Shown in pieces: positions 32,218 to 43,603 of a stretch of 64,000 bases of DNA. Source of the stretch: Steroidobacteraceae bacterium (GTDB lineage: Bacteria; Pseudomonadota; Gammaproteobacteria; Steroidobacterales; Steroidobacteraceae). The first letter of the stretch is position 1. Each line of letters opens with the position of its first letter. The position numbers were made by a program, and so were the translations under genes. Where the stretch lies: positions 1,881 to 65,880 of the forward strand of contig DATDHV010000180.1 of assembly GCA_036521395.1 (NCBI GenBank). The letters run 5' to 3'. The notes below the pieces were generated by a model. That model made no database searches, was not told the DNA's origin, and was given only the letters and a program-made list of their open reading frames with translations.

Positions 32218-32984
32218 GCGCGCTCCCCGGCGCGACGCCGCTGTTGCTGCACGGCCGTGAGAATGCCGCGCAGGATGTTGGCTTCGTTGGTATCGAGCTC
32301 GGCGCGCTGCAGGAACCGGCGGATGCGTTTCATGAGGTGCGTGCCGCGCTGGGTGCGATCACGGAAGTCGATCTGCTCGAGCACCGCTGCGAGGTGGACA
32401 TACAGGCGCTCCATCTCCTCCGGACACGCCAGGCGCGCGCCCCGCGCCGGCGACGCGCCCCGCGCCGGGCGTGCGGTCGCTGCCGTCGCAGGCGCCGCCG
32501 CCATGCGCGCGCGCAGGATCTCGTAACCCACGACCTGCACGGCCATGGCCAGATTCAGCGCCGCATAGCCCGGATTCGCCGGTATACGCAGCAGCGCATG
32601 GGCGCAATCGAGCTCGCGATTCGTCAGCCCGGTGCGCTCGGCGCCGAACACCACGGCCGATGGCTGCCCGGCCGGAGCCCCGATCAGACGCTGCGCGGCC
32701 GCGCGCACGTCCAGCACGCGAAAGTTCTGGTCACGCTCGCGCGCGGTGGTGGCGATCACGAGGCCGCAGCCGCGTACCGCCGATTCCAGATCGTCCACCA
32801 CGCGTGCGCGCGCGAGCACGTCGTCGGCGCCGGAGGCGCGCGCGGTAGCTTCGGGGTGCGGGAACTGTCGCGGCCGCACCAGCACCAACTCCTCGAGCGC
32901 CATGTTCTTGAGCGCGCGCGCCGCCGCCCCGATGTTGCCCGGGTGGGAGGTTTCGACCAATACGATGCGGATGGCGTTCGACAC
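32214..32984 (-). CDS. trmJ: tRNA (cytidine/uridine-2'-O)-methyltransferase TrmJ (SpoU family)
   Basis: 256 aa with IVLVETSHPGNIGAAARALKNM. Divergent from suhB and upstream of iscS, which is the E. coli-like arrangement without iscR. Confidence 0.85.
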   Translation of the reverse strand: MSNAIRIVLVETSHPGNIGAAARALKNMALEELVLVRPRQFPHPEATARASGADDVLARARVVDDLESAVRGCGLVIATTARERDQNFRVLDVRAAAQRLIGAPAGQPSAVVFGAERTGLTNRELDCAHALLRIPANPGYAALNLAMAVQVVGYEILRARMAAAPATAATARPARGASPARGARLACPEEMERLYVHLAAVLEQIDFRDRTQRGTHLMKRIRRFLQRAELDTNEANILRGILTAVQQQRRRAGERA

Positions 32985-33036
32985 GACCTGCTATCCTAAT
33001 GATATATCCCGCTGCCGGCGTTGAAGTCACGTTCTC

Positions 33037-33837
33037 ATGCATCCCCTGCTCAATATTGCGGTGCGCGCCGCGCGCCGCGCCGGCGAGATCATTGTCCGCA
33101 GCCTGGTACGGCTCGAGAGCCTCGAGGTCACCTCCAAGGGCCGCAACGACTACGTCAGCGAGATCGACCGCGCCGCCGAGCGCGAGATCATCGACATCAT
33201 CCGCAAGCACTATCCCGAGCATGCCATCCTCGCCGAGGAGAGCGGCCGCAGCGGCGAGCACGACACGGTCTGGATCATCGATCCGCTCGACGGCACCACC
33301 AACTTCCTGCACGGCTTTCCGGTGTTCGCCGTCTCGATCGCGGTCGAGCAGCGCGGCCGCCTCGAGGTGGCCGTAGTCTATGACCCCATGCGCCAGGAGG
33401 TATTCACGGCCGCCCGCGGCGCCGGCGCGCACCTGGAGAACCGCCGCATGCGCGTGAGCAAGCAGCGCACCCTCGAGGGCGCCCTGCTTGCCACCGGCTT
33501 TCCCTTTCGCCAGGACGAGCCGCATGCCGAGAACTATTACGCCATGCTGCGCACGCTCGCGTCGCTGACGGCCGGCGTCCGCCGTCCGGGCTCGGCGGCA
33601 TTGGATCTGGCCTACGTGGCCGCCGGCCGCGTCGACGGCTTCTGGGAGCTGGGGCTCAAGCCCTGGGACACGGCCGCCGGCACGCTGCTGATCCGCGAAG
33701 CGGGCGGACGCGTCGGCACGCTCGGCGGGGAGGAGTACCGCCTCGGCGCCAACATCGTCGCCGGCACGCCCAAGGTGTACGAGGCGATGATCGCGGCCAT
33801 GGCGCCGCACGTGCCCGAGGCGCTGCGCCAGCAGTAG
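33037..33837 (+). CDS. suhB: Inositol monophosphatase family protein SuhB
   Basis: 266 aa with motifs EESG, WIIDPLDGTTNF and WDTAAG. Confidence 0.92.
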   Translation: MHPLLNIAVRAARRAGEIIVRSLVRLESLEVTSKGRNDYVSEIDRAAEREIIDIIRKHYPEHAILAEESGRSGEHDTVWIIDPLDGTTNFLHGFPVFAVSIAVEQRGRLEVAVVYDPMRQEVFTAARGAGAHLENRRMRVSKQRTLEGALLATGFPFRQDEPHAENYYAMLRTLASLTAGVRRPGSAALDLAYVAAGRVDGFWELGLKPWDTAAGTLLIREAGGRVGTLGGEEYRLGANIVAGTPKVYEAMIAAMAPHVPEALRQQ

Positions 33838-33899
33838 AGGCGAATAAAGCGGATCGACGGTGTAGAGTGGCCAGGACCGGCCGCCCAGCAGGAACCCGC

Positions 33900-35375
33900 A
33901 TGACCAACAAGGGACTGTTCGCCACCAAGCCGATCCAGGACTACCAGCGCGAGGCATCGAGCAAGAAGCTGGTGCGCGCCCTGGGCGTTCCCGCGCTGAT
34001 CGCGTTCGGCATTGGCGGCATCATCGGTACCGGCATCTTCGTGCTCACCGGACTGGCGGCGGCGCAGCACGCCGGTCCGGCCATCGCCATCTCATTCGTC
34101 ATCGCCGGGCTCGGCTGCATGTTCGCCGGCCTGTGCTACTCCGAATTCGCCGCCATGGTGCCGGTCGCGGGCAGCGCCTATGCCTACAGCTACGCCACGC
34201 TCGGCGAGCTGATCGCCTGGTTCGTGGGCTGGAACCTGGTGCTCGAATACATGATGGCCTGCTCCACCGTCGCGGTCGGCTGGAGTCGTTACTTCGTCGG
34301 TCTGCTGGACTACTTTCACCTCGATTTCCTTCCTGCCACGCTCACCAGCGCGCCGCTGCGCGCGGTCAGCGGCAGCTATCAGATCGAGCACACCGGCGCG
34401 GTGCTGAACCTGCCGGCGGTGTTCATCGTCGTGCTCGCCACGGCGCTGTGCTACAAGGGCATCAAGGAATCCGCCACGGTGAACAACATCATCGTCGCCA
34501 TCAAGGTGAGCATCGTGGTGGCCGTGATCGTGTTCGGCGCGTTCTATGTCGATCCGAAGCACTGGGTGCCCTTCATTCCGCGCAATACCGGCACCTTCGG
34601 GCAGTTCGGCTGGTCGGGCATCATCCGCGCCGCTGGCGTTATCTTCTTCGCCTACATCGGCTTCGACGGAGTCTCCACCGTCGCGCAGGAAGCCAAGGAT
34701 CCAACGCGCGGCATGCCGATCGGCATGCTGGGCAGTCTCGGGATATGCACCGTGCTCTACATCCTGATGTCGAGCGTCATGACGGGCCTGGTGCCGTTTC
34801 AGAAACTCGACGATGCCGCACCGGTCGTGGTGGCGCTCAAGGCGCACCCGCAACTCGACTGGCTGCAGCTTTGGGTGCTGATCGGCGCACTTTGCGGTCT
34901 GACTTCGGTGATCATCACCATGATCATTCCACAGGCACGCATCTGGCTCACGATGTCGCATGACGGACTGCTGCCGAAGATCTTCGGCGCCGTGCATCCG
35001 AAATTTCACACGCCGCACGTCGCGACGTTGATCACCGGCGCGCTGGCCGCTACCTTCGGCGGCCTGCTGCCGATCGACATTCTCGGGGAGCTGGTATCGA
35101 TCGGCACGCTGATCGCCTTCGCCGTCGTGTGCATCGGGGTACTGGTGCTGCGCTACACGCGCCCGGAACTGCCGCGTCCGTTCCGGATCAAGGGCGTCTG
35201 GGCCGTGTCGATGCTCGGGGTGTTCTTTTGCACCGGCATGGCCGTATTCCTGCCCGGCGGGACCTGGGTGCGGCTGGTGCTCTGGAGCCTGCTGGGCTTT
35301 GCGCTCTACTTCTTCTACGGCTACCGGCACAGCCGCCTGCGCTGCGAGCCGGCCGACGGCGCTGCGCCGGGTTAG
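33900..35375 (+). CDS. APC-superfamily amino acid permease
   Basis: ORF from 33867; ATG 33900 (MTNKGLFATKP) is preferred because of an AGGAA RBS. 12+ TM helices, with GIGGIIGTGIFVLTG typical of the amino-acid/polyamine permease family. Confidence 0.9.
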   Translation: MTNKGLFATKPIQDYQREASSKKLVRALGVPALIAFGIGGIIGTGIFVLTGLAAAQHAGPAIAISFVIAGLGCMFAGLCYSEFAAMVPVAGSAYAYSYATLGELIAWFVGWNLVLEYMMACSTVAVGWSRYFVGLLDYFHLDFLPATLTSAPLRAVSGSYQIEHTGAVLNLPAVFIVVLATALCYKGIKESATVNNIIVAIKVSIVVAVIVFGAFYVDPKHWVPFIPRNTGTFGQFGWSGIIRAAGVIFFAYIGFDGVSTVAQEAKDPTRGMPIGMLGSLGICTVLYILMSSVMTGLVPFQKLDDAAPVVVALKAHPQLDWLQLWVLIGALCGLTSVIITMIIPQARIWLTMSHDGLLPKIFGAVHPKFHTPHVATLITGALAATFGGLLPIDILGELVSIGTLIAFAVVCIGVLVLRYTRPELPRPFRIKGVWAVSMLGVFFCTGMAVFLPGGTWVRLVLWSLLGFALYFFYGYRHSRLRCEPADGAAPG

Positions 35376-36106
35376 TCGCGCGGTCGGGACGGCCCGGGCG
35401 GGCGGCGCACGCGGATGTTGATCAGCTCCACGGCCACGGCGAAGGCCATCGCAAAATACAGGTAGCCCTTGGGCACCTCGAACCCCAGTGCCTGGCCGAT
35501 CAGCGCCGAGCCGATCAGCACCAGGAATGCTAGCGCCAGCACCTTGACGGTGGGGTAGCGCTCGATCAGCGCGGTTACCGGCCCCGACAGCCACATCATG
35601 ACGGCGACCGAGATCACGATGGCGGCAGCCATGACCAGCACCTGGTCTGCGCGCGCCAGCCCGACGGCCGTGAACACCGAATCGAGCGAGAACACGACAT
35701 CGATCAGCGCGATCTGGAACACCACCACGGCCAGGCCCCGCGCCGGCCGCGGCCGCGTCGGAGCGGCCGCGCGTTCCAGGGTGGCGTGGATCTCGGTCAC
35801 GCTCTTGGCCAGCAGGATCAGCCCCCCGGCAGCGAGGATCAGAGCGCCGAGGGAGAAGCCGTGGCCGAGGATTTCGAACAGCGGCCGGCGCAATCCCGTG
35901 AGCCAGACGATCGAGAACAGCAGCGCCAGGCGAGTGAGCATCGCCAGTCCCAGGCCCAGCAGCCTGGCCGCGCGCCGGCGCGGCGGCGGCGCCTGGCCGA
36001 TGAGTATCGACAGCATCACCAGGTTGTCGATGCCGAGCACGATCTCCAGCAGCGTGAGCATGCCTAAGGCCACGGCGCTGTCGGGCTGAAGAAGGGTCGA
36101 GAGCAC
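35372..36106 (-). CDS. TerC-family integral membrane protein
   Basis: 244 aa with LLEIVLGIDNLVMLSI and LIDVVFSLDSV, the TerC signatures. Confidence 0.85.
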   Translation of the reverse strand: MLSTLLQPDSAVALGMLTLLEIVLGIDNLVMLSILIGQAPPPRRRAARLLGLGLAMLTRLALLFSIVWLTGLRRPLFEILGHGFSLGALILAAGGLILLAKSVTEIHATLERAAAPTRPRPARGLAVVVFQIALIDVVFSLDSVFTAVGLARADQVLVMAAAIVISVAVMMWLSGPVTALIERYPTVKVLALAFLVLIGSALIGQALGFEVPKGYLYFAMAFAVAVELINIRVRRPPGPSRPRD

Positions 36107-36128
36107 GGGCAGCTCGCGCCGCGGCGCC

Positions 36129-37061
36129 TCAGGGCATGCTGTCGACGGGCCGTTTCACTGACGAGGGCAGCAGGTGCTCAGACTTGAGACCGCAGTCGAG
36201 CGCGACCGCGCTGGAGATGTAGATCGATGAATAGGTGCCCGCCAGGATGCCGATGATGAGCGCCTCGGAGAAGCCGCGCAGCACCGGGCCGCCGAGCGCG
36301 TACAGCGCCACCACGACGATCAGCGTCACGACCTTGGTCATGATGGTGCGCGACAGGGTCTGATTGATCGACTGATCGAGCACCAGCACCGGCTGCAGTC
36401 GCCTGCTGGCGTGAAAGCGCTCCCGGATGCGGTCGAATACCACCACGGTATCGTTGAGTGAATAGCCGATCACGGCCAGCATGGCCGCGACCACCGTCAG
36501 ATCGAAACTCGTGCGCGTCAGCGAGAAGGTGCCGAGCACCAGGATCGGATCGTGCAGCACGGCCAGGATGGCCCCGAACGACAGGCGCCAAGTGTGAAAG
36601 CGCACGGCAATGTAGCCGAAGATCAGCAGCAGCGTCGCCAGCAGCGCCTGCACGGCGCTGCGCTGCAGCTCACCACCGACCTGCGGGCCTATGACCTCGA
36701 CCTGCCGAATCTCGGCGCCGGCGTCCACGCCATGCAGGATCTGCTCGACGCGCGTGCGCACGGCCTCGGTGGTCTCCTTGGTCGGCGGCAGGCGGATCGC
36801 GATGTCGCGCGAGGTGCCGAATATCGTGACCTGGAAATCGCGGTAGCCGGCGCGTGTGAGCGCGGTGCTGACCGCATCGCGATTGACCGTCGTGGGAAAG
36901 CTCGCCTGCACGGTCACGCCGCCGGTGAAATCGACGCCGAGATTGAGCCCGCGCGTGAACAGCGAAACCAGCGATATCACGATCAGGATCGAGGACAGCC
37001 CATACCACACCTTGCGTGTGGACATGAAGGGAAAGTTGGTCGCGCGATGAAAGAATTCCAT
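36129..37061 (-). CDS. secF: Protein translocase subunit SecF
   Basis: 310 aa (MEFFHRATNFPFMSTRKVWYGLS...). Immediately downstream of secD. Confidence 0.93.
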   Translation of the reverse strand: MEFFHRATNFPFMSTRKVWYGLSSILIVISLVSLFTRGLNLGVDFTGGVTVQASFPTTVNRDAVSTALTRAGYRDFQVTIFGTSRDIAIRLPPTKETTEAVRTRVEQILHGVDAGAEIRQVEVIGPQVGGELQRSAVQALLATLLLIFGYIAVRFHTWRLSFGAILAVLHDPILVLGTFSLTRTSFDLTVVAAMLAVIGYSLNDTVVVFDRIRERFHASRRLQPVLVLDQSINQTLSRTIMTKVVTLIVVVALYALGGPVLRGFSEALIIGILAGTYSSIYISSAVALDCGLKSEHLLPSSVKRPVDSMP

Positions 37062-37082
37062 GGACTCATCCTTGCCGGCTGT

Positions 37083-38957
37083 TCACCCGATGGCCAGCCG
37101 CGCGACTTTGCGCCGGCCGCCGTACATGAGCGAGATCAGGGCGCGGCTGCCGAGCAGCGAAGTGAACATCGAGGTGGCGATGCCGAGCGTCAGCACGATG
37201 GCGAAACCGCGGATCGCGCCGGTGCCGATCACCCACAGCGCCAGACCCGCGATCAGGGCGGTGACATTGGAGTCGGCGATGGCCGAGAAAGCCTTGTCGA
37301 AACCGGCGCGGATGGCCGCCTGCGGCGAGACGCCATTGCGCAGCTCCTCGCGGATGCGCTCGTAGATCAGCACGTTGGCGTCCACGGCGATGCCGACCGT
37401 CAGGATGATGCCGGCGATGCCCGGCAACGACAGCGACGCGCGCAGCATCGACAGCAGCGCGGTCAGCAGAATCACGTTGGCGAGCAGTACCGCATCGGCC
37501 ACCAGGCCGAAGGCGTGGTAGTACAGCGCCATGAAGACGAACACCGCCAGCATGCCGATCACCAGCGCGCGTACGCCCTTGTCGATGTTCTCCTGTCCGA
37601 GGCTCGGGCCGATGGCCCGCTCCTCGACCACATCGACCGGCGCGGCCAGCGATCCGGAGCGCAACAGCAACGACAGATCGCGCGCCTCGGCGATGGAGAG
37701 CCCGGTGACCTCGAACTGCGGTCCGAACACACCGCGGATCGTGGCGACGTTGATCACGGTCTCGGTGGTGGTCTCGCGCTCGACTTTCTTGCCGTCGAGC
37801 TCGACCTGGTGGCGGCTCTTTTCGATGTACACCACCGCCAGCGGCTTGCCGACGTTCAGGCGCGTGGTGCGCTGCATCGATTCGGCGCCGCGCGCGTCTA
37901 GTTTGATCGAGACCGCGGGCCCTTCCTGGCTCGTAGTCGAGGTGGCCTGCGTGAGCTCATCGCCCGTGACCACCACCTCGCGCTTGAGCAGTATGGGTGA
38001 GCCGTCCTTGCGCTTGTAGAGCTTGCTGCCGAGCGGCACGTGGCCGCCCTGCTCGGCTTGCACCGGGTTGTTCTGCGTGTCCACCAGGCGAAATTCGAGC
38101 GTTGCGACCTTGCCGAGCAGATCCTTGACCTCGGCCGAGTTCTGCACCCCCGGGAGCTGCACGTTGATGCGGTCGAGGCCCTGGCGCTGGACGATGGGCT
38201 CGGACACGCCCAGTTCATTGACCCGGTTCATGAGCGTGGTGCGATTCTGCTCGAGCGCATAGTCCTCGCGCGCCTTGATCTGCGCCGGGGTAAGCACCAT
38301 GTCCACCGCCGGCGCGCCGCCGACGCCGGTCACGTGGAAGTTGAGCGTGCCGTCGACCTTCTTGAGCGCGCTGATCACCGCCCCGGTGTCGCTGCCGGCC
38401 GGCAGTGTCACCCGCAGGCCGTCGTTCAGGCCGCCGGCGCCGGAATTGAGCGTCGTGACGTCGGTGAACGGCACCTTGGCCTCGCTCAGGGCGCGCCGGA
38501 AACTCTGCTCGTAGCTCTCCAGCAGCTGCGTCACGGCGCCGTTGACGTCGACCTGGTAGAGCAGGTAGAGGCCGCCGCGCAGATCCAGGCCCAGGGGCAT
38601 GGCCTTGAGGCCGAGCTTGCGCATCCAGGCAGGCGCGCGCGTGGCGTTGGAGAGCGCGGAGCGGTAGACGTCCGCCAGCGTCGCATCGACCGTATCGCGC
38701 GCCTTGAGCTGCGAGGCGACGTCGTTGAACGCCAGCACCAGGCGGCCGCTCTCGATGTAGTCGCGTTTGATAGGGACCTGTTGCTTGCGCAGCAGGTCCC
38801 CTACGGTCTGGCGCGCGAAATCATCCATCGGCGCATGGTCCTTGCGCTCGACCTGCAACGCGGGATCCTCGCCGAACACGTTCGGCACGGCGAACAGCGC
38901 CGCGACGAGCATCACGAGCGCCACGAGCACGTACTTCCAGCGCGGAAAATCCAGCAT
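37083..38957 (-). CDS. secD: Protein translocase subunit SecD
   Basis: The ORF track extends to 39128, in a frame overlapping yajC. The internal ATG giving MLDFPRWKYVLVALVML is the conserved SecD N-terminus. Confidence 0.93.
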   Translation of the reverse strand: MLDFPRWKYVLVALVMLVAALFAVPNVFGEDPALQVERKDHAPMDDFARQTVGDLLRKQQVPIKRDYIESGRLVLAFNDVASQLKARDTVDATLADVYRSALSNATRAPAWMRKLGLKAMPLGLDLRGGLYLLYQVDVNGAVTQLLESYEQSFRRALSEAKVPFTDVTTLNSGAGGLNDGLRVTLPAGSDTGAVISALKKVDGTLNFHVTGVGGAPAVDMVLTPAQIKAREDYALEQNRTTLMNRVNELGVSEPIVQRQGLDRINVQLPGVQNSAEVKDLLGKVATLEFRLVDTQNNPVQAEQGGHVPLGSKLYKRKDGSPILLKREVVVTGDELTQATSTTSQEGPAVSIKLDARGAESMQRTTRLNVGKPLAVVYIEKSRHQVELDGKKVERETTTETVINVATIRGVFGPQFEVTGLSIAEARDLSLLLRSGSLAAPVDVVEERAIGPSLGQENIDKGVRALVIGMLAVFVFMALYYHAFGLVADAVLLANVILLTALLSMLRASLSLPGIAGIILTVGIAVDANVLIYERIREELRNGVSPQAAIRAGFDKAFSAIADSNVTALIAGLALWVIGTGAIRGFAIVLTLGIATSMFTSLLGSRALISLMYGGRRKVARLAIG

Positions 38958-38976
38958 TCGATCGACTCTGGCGCCC

Positions 38977-39309
38977 TCAGGCGCTCTTGAGCGTGCCCTT
39001 GGGCATGAGCTGGGTGATCTGTGCCTTCTGCACCTTGATGCGCACGCCGTCGGCGATCTCGAGCGTGACGAACGTGTCGTTGACCTCGATGATGCGGCCG
39101 AGGATGCCGCCGGTGGTGACCACCTCATCGCCCGTCTGCAGTCGCGAGAGCATGGCCTGCTGATCCTTCATCCGCTTCTGCTGCGGACGGATGAGCAGGA
39201 AATAGAACACCGCGACGAAGACCACCAGAATGATGATCTGGCCTACCCCGCCGCCACTCAAGGGACTGCCGGACGCCTGCGCGTATGCATCGCTGACCAG
39301 TAGACTCAT
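38977..39309 (-). CDS. yajC: Preprotein translocase subunit YajC
   Basis: Start moved to MSLLVSDAYAQ... (110 aa). Conserved FYFLLIRPQQKRMK motif. Confidence 0.9.
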   Translation of the reverse strand: MSLLVSDAYAQASGSPLSGGGVGQIIILVVFVAVFYFLLIRPQQKRMKDQQAMLSRLQTGDEVVTTGGILGRIIEVNDTFVTLEIADGVRIKVQKAQITQLMPKGTLKSA

Positions 39310-39390
39310 GCTTGCCTCATGCCTGCCAGACCTGTTGGTATGCCCGCCCGGCCCAGCCCGCTGCCGGCGGGCGGCCACAAAGGGGCGGCA

Positions 39391-41576
<2,186 letters not shown>

Positions 41577-41581
41577 TCGGG

Positions 41582-41666
41582 TGGTGGCCTCGCTCGGAGT
41601 CGAACCGAGATGGGCATGCCCGGTCGATTTTGAGTCGACTGCGTCTACCAGTTCCGCCACGAGGCC
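41582..41666 (-). tRNA. tRNA-Leu (anticodon CAA), CCA encoded
   Basis: Minus strand reads GGCCTCGTGGCGGAACTGGTAGACGCAGTCGACTCAAAATCGACCGGGCATGCCCATCTCGGTTCGACTCCGAGCGAGGCCACCA. It has a 7-bp acceptor stem (GGCCTCG/CGAGGCC), anticodon loop CTCAAAA, a long variable arm and a GGTTCGACTCC T-arm. Confidence 0.95.
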
Positions 41667-41743
41667 TCGAGCCAACCGAAGCACGATGCGCCGATTTCCG
41701 CTGCAGAGCTTCCCTCGGTGCGGGTACGATACCTCAATCGCCT

Positions 41744-42286
41744 ATGAAATTCTGTCCCGACTGCGGTCACCCGGTGGAGCGGCGCATACCACCGGGCGAC
41801 AACCTGCCGCGCGCCGTGTGCACTGCCTGCGGCAGCATCCACTACGAGAATCCGCGCATCGTCGTCGGCTGCGTGCCGGAATGGCAGGGCCGGATCCTGC
41901 TGTGCCGGCGCGCCATCATGCCCCGGCGCGGCTACTGGACCACGCCGGCCGGGTTTCTCGAGAACGGTGAATCGCTGCAGGCGGCAGCCGCACGCGAATC
42001 GCTGGAGGAGGCGGAGGCTCGGGTGGAGATCGGCTCGCCCCTGGCCATCAGCAACGTGCTGCACGCGGCCCAGGTTCACGTCTCATTCCGCGGCCGCCTG
42101 ATCGACGGCCGCTACGGCGTGGGCGCCGAGAGCCTCGAAACCGGTTTGTACGAGGAAGGCGGCATCCCGTGGGACGAGATTGCCTTTCCGAGCATAACCT
42201 TTGCACTGCGATGTTATTTCGAGGATCGGCACGCCGCGCTCGAAACGCTACATTGCAACGATATCGAGCGGCCGCTGCAGCGCTGA
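41744..42286 (+). CDS. NUDIX hydrolase with N-terminal zinc ribbon
   Basis: Start moved to ATG 41744 (MKFCPDCGHPV...CTACGSIHY). NUDIX box GFLENGESLQAAAARESLEEAEA. Confidence 0.85.
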   Translation: MKFCPDCGHPVERRIPPGDNLPRAVCTACGSIHYENPRIVVGCVPEWQGRILLCRRAIMPRRGYWTTPAGFLENGESLQAAAARESLEEAEARVEIGSPLAISNVLHAAQVHVSFRGRLIDGRYGVGAESLETGLYEEGGIPWDEIAFPSITFALRCYFEDRHAALETLHCNDIERPLQR

Positions 42287-42361
42287 GCTGGAGCTTTAAG
42301 CGCCCGAGCAGCTTTGGCACAATAGACGACCCCCCAAGGGCAGCATCGGCCCGGAGCACCA

Positions 42362-42685
42362 ATGACCTTCGTCGTGACGGAAAACTGTATCAAGTGCAAG
42401 TACATGGACTGCGTGGAGGTCTGCCCGGTCGATTGTTTTCGGGAAGGGCCGAATTTCCTGGTCATCGATCCGGATGAGTGCATCGATTGCACGCTGTGCG
42501 AGCCGGAGTGCCCGGTAGAGGCGATTTTCTCGGAGGAGGAGCTGCCGGCGGGGCAGGAGTCGTTCAAGCCGCTCAACGCCGAGCTCGCCAAGCAATGGCC
42601 CGCGATCACGGAGAAAGGGCCTGCGCCGCCGGATGCCAAGGAGTGGGAAGGCAAGGCGGGCAAGCTCAAATTGCTCGAGCGCTGA
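42362..42685 (+). CDS. fdxA: 7Fe ferredoxin (FdxA type)
   Basis: 107 aa with [18 protein letters not shown] and [12 protein letters not shown]. Confidence 0.93.
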   Translation: MTFVVTENCIKCKYMDCVEVCPVDCFREGPNFLVIDPDECIDCTLCEPECPVEAIFSEEELPAGQESFKPLNAELAKQWPAITEKGPAPPDAKEWEGKAGKLKLLER

Positions 42686-42696
42686 AGTCCCGTCGT

Positions 42697-42719
42697 TGGA
42701 GCGTCGCCTCGCGACGCCA
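42697..42719. terminator. Possible hairpin between convergent fdxA and dsbC
   Basis: TGGAGCGTCGC-CTC-GCGACGCCA: a 7-bp perfect GC stem extendable with one bulge, followed by CATTTG on the plus strand. The T-tract is weak. Confidence 0.3.
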
Positions 42720-42730
42720 TTTGCCGTGCC

Positions 42731-43552
42731 CTACTGCGGCGAGCTCTGTGGCGCGCTCTTCGATGCGCTCTTCGGCGCGTTCTGCTGGGCGAGCTCCTCG
42801 ACCAGATCCTGCGGCGAGAGGTAACCGCCTACCATCGCCCCGTTTGAAGCCACGATTCCGGGCGTGCCCTCGAGTCCGATGGCCTTGCCGAGTGCGTACT
42901 CCCTGGCGACCGGCGTGACGCCACAGGGCTTGGCGTCGAGTGGCTCTCCGAGCTTGGCGCGGGTCAGAGCGGCCTTGCGATCGGAGGAGCACCAGATCTG
43001 CTCGGCCTTGTGCCACGAGGGAGTGTTCGGGCCGGTGCGCGGGTAGAACACGTAGCGCACGCGCACGCCGAGCCGGTTGTAATCGGCGATCTGGCGATGC
43101 AGCTCACGGCAATAGGGGCAGTCGACGTCGGTGAACACGGTGACCGTGTACTTCGGCTGCGGCGGGGAAAAGATCACCATCTGCGACTCGGGAATGGAGT
43201 CGATGAGTTTCTGGCGCAGCACGCGCCGGTGCGCCTCGGTCAGGTTGTCGTGGCTCGCGACACTGTAAAGATCGCCCGTGAAGACATACTTGCCGTCGCC
43301 GGACATGTAGACGATGTCGGCGCCGCGGCGCACTTCGAATACGCCGGCCACCGGTGTGGGTTGAATGTCCTCTTTCTTGACCCCGGGAATGCTGGCCGCA
43401 GCCTCGTCGGCATTCGCGACCAGCGAGGGATCGGCGGCCAGGGCGCGCGAAACGTTCTGCGCGTCGTCCGACCAGGCGAGTGGCGCCGTCACGCCGACGA
43501 TCGCCATCGCGGCGAGCAGCGCCCCCACGCTCGAATGACCACACCGCATCAT
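42731..43552 (-). CDS. dsbC: Thiol:disulfide interchange protein DsbC-like
   Basis: ORF to 43603 with a GTG start. ATG 43552/43549 gives a plausible signal peptide (MMRCGHSSVGALLAAMAIVGVTAPLAWS). Thioredoxin motif DCPYC. Synteny xerD-dsbC. Confidence 0.85.
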   Translation of the reverse strand: MMRCGHSSVGALLAAMAIVGVTAPLAWSDDAQNVSRALAADPSLVANADEAAASIPGVKKEDIQPTPVAGVFEVRRGADIVYMSGDGKYVFTGDLYSVASHDNLTEAHRRVLRQKLIDSIPESQMVIFSPPQPKYTVTVFTDVDCPYCRELHRQIADYNRLGVRVRYVFYPRTGPNTPSWHKAEQIWCSSDRKAALTRAKLGEPLDAKPCGVTPVAREYALGKAIGLEGTPGIVASNGAMVGGYLSPQDLVEELAQQNAPKSASKSAPQSSPQ

Positions 43553-43603
43553 GTATGAATCATACCACACCGGCTGCCCGGCCCGCACGGGGGCATCGGG
43601 CAC

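Noticed and set aside
32731-33957. 408-aa ORF opposite suhB, reaching into trmJ
   Set aside because: suhB has all the inositol-monophosphatase motifs. This frame has none and crosses a divergent promoter region.
34092-37901. Long antisense ORFs opposite the amino-acid permease, TerC and SecF/SecD (34092..35594, 35598..36089, 36552..37901)
   Set aside because: Each is the mirror frame of a membrane-protein gene with strong family motifs. The translations are Arg/Asp/His-rich and non-homologous.
41577-41684. N-terminal extension of the queA ORF (MLRLARGLVAELVDAVDSKSTGHAHLGSTPSEATTR)
   Set aside because: This segment is the translation of the tRNA-Leu gene. The conserved QueA N-terminus begins at the GTG at 41576.
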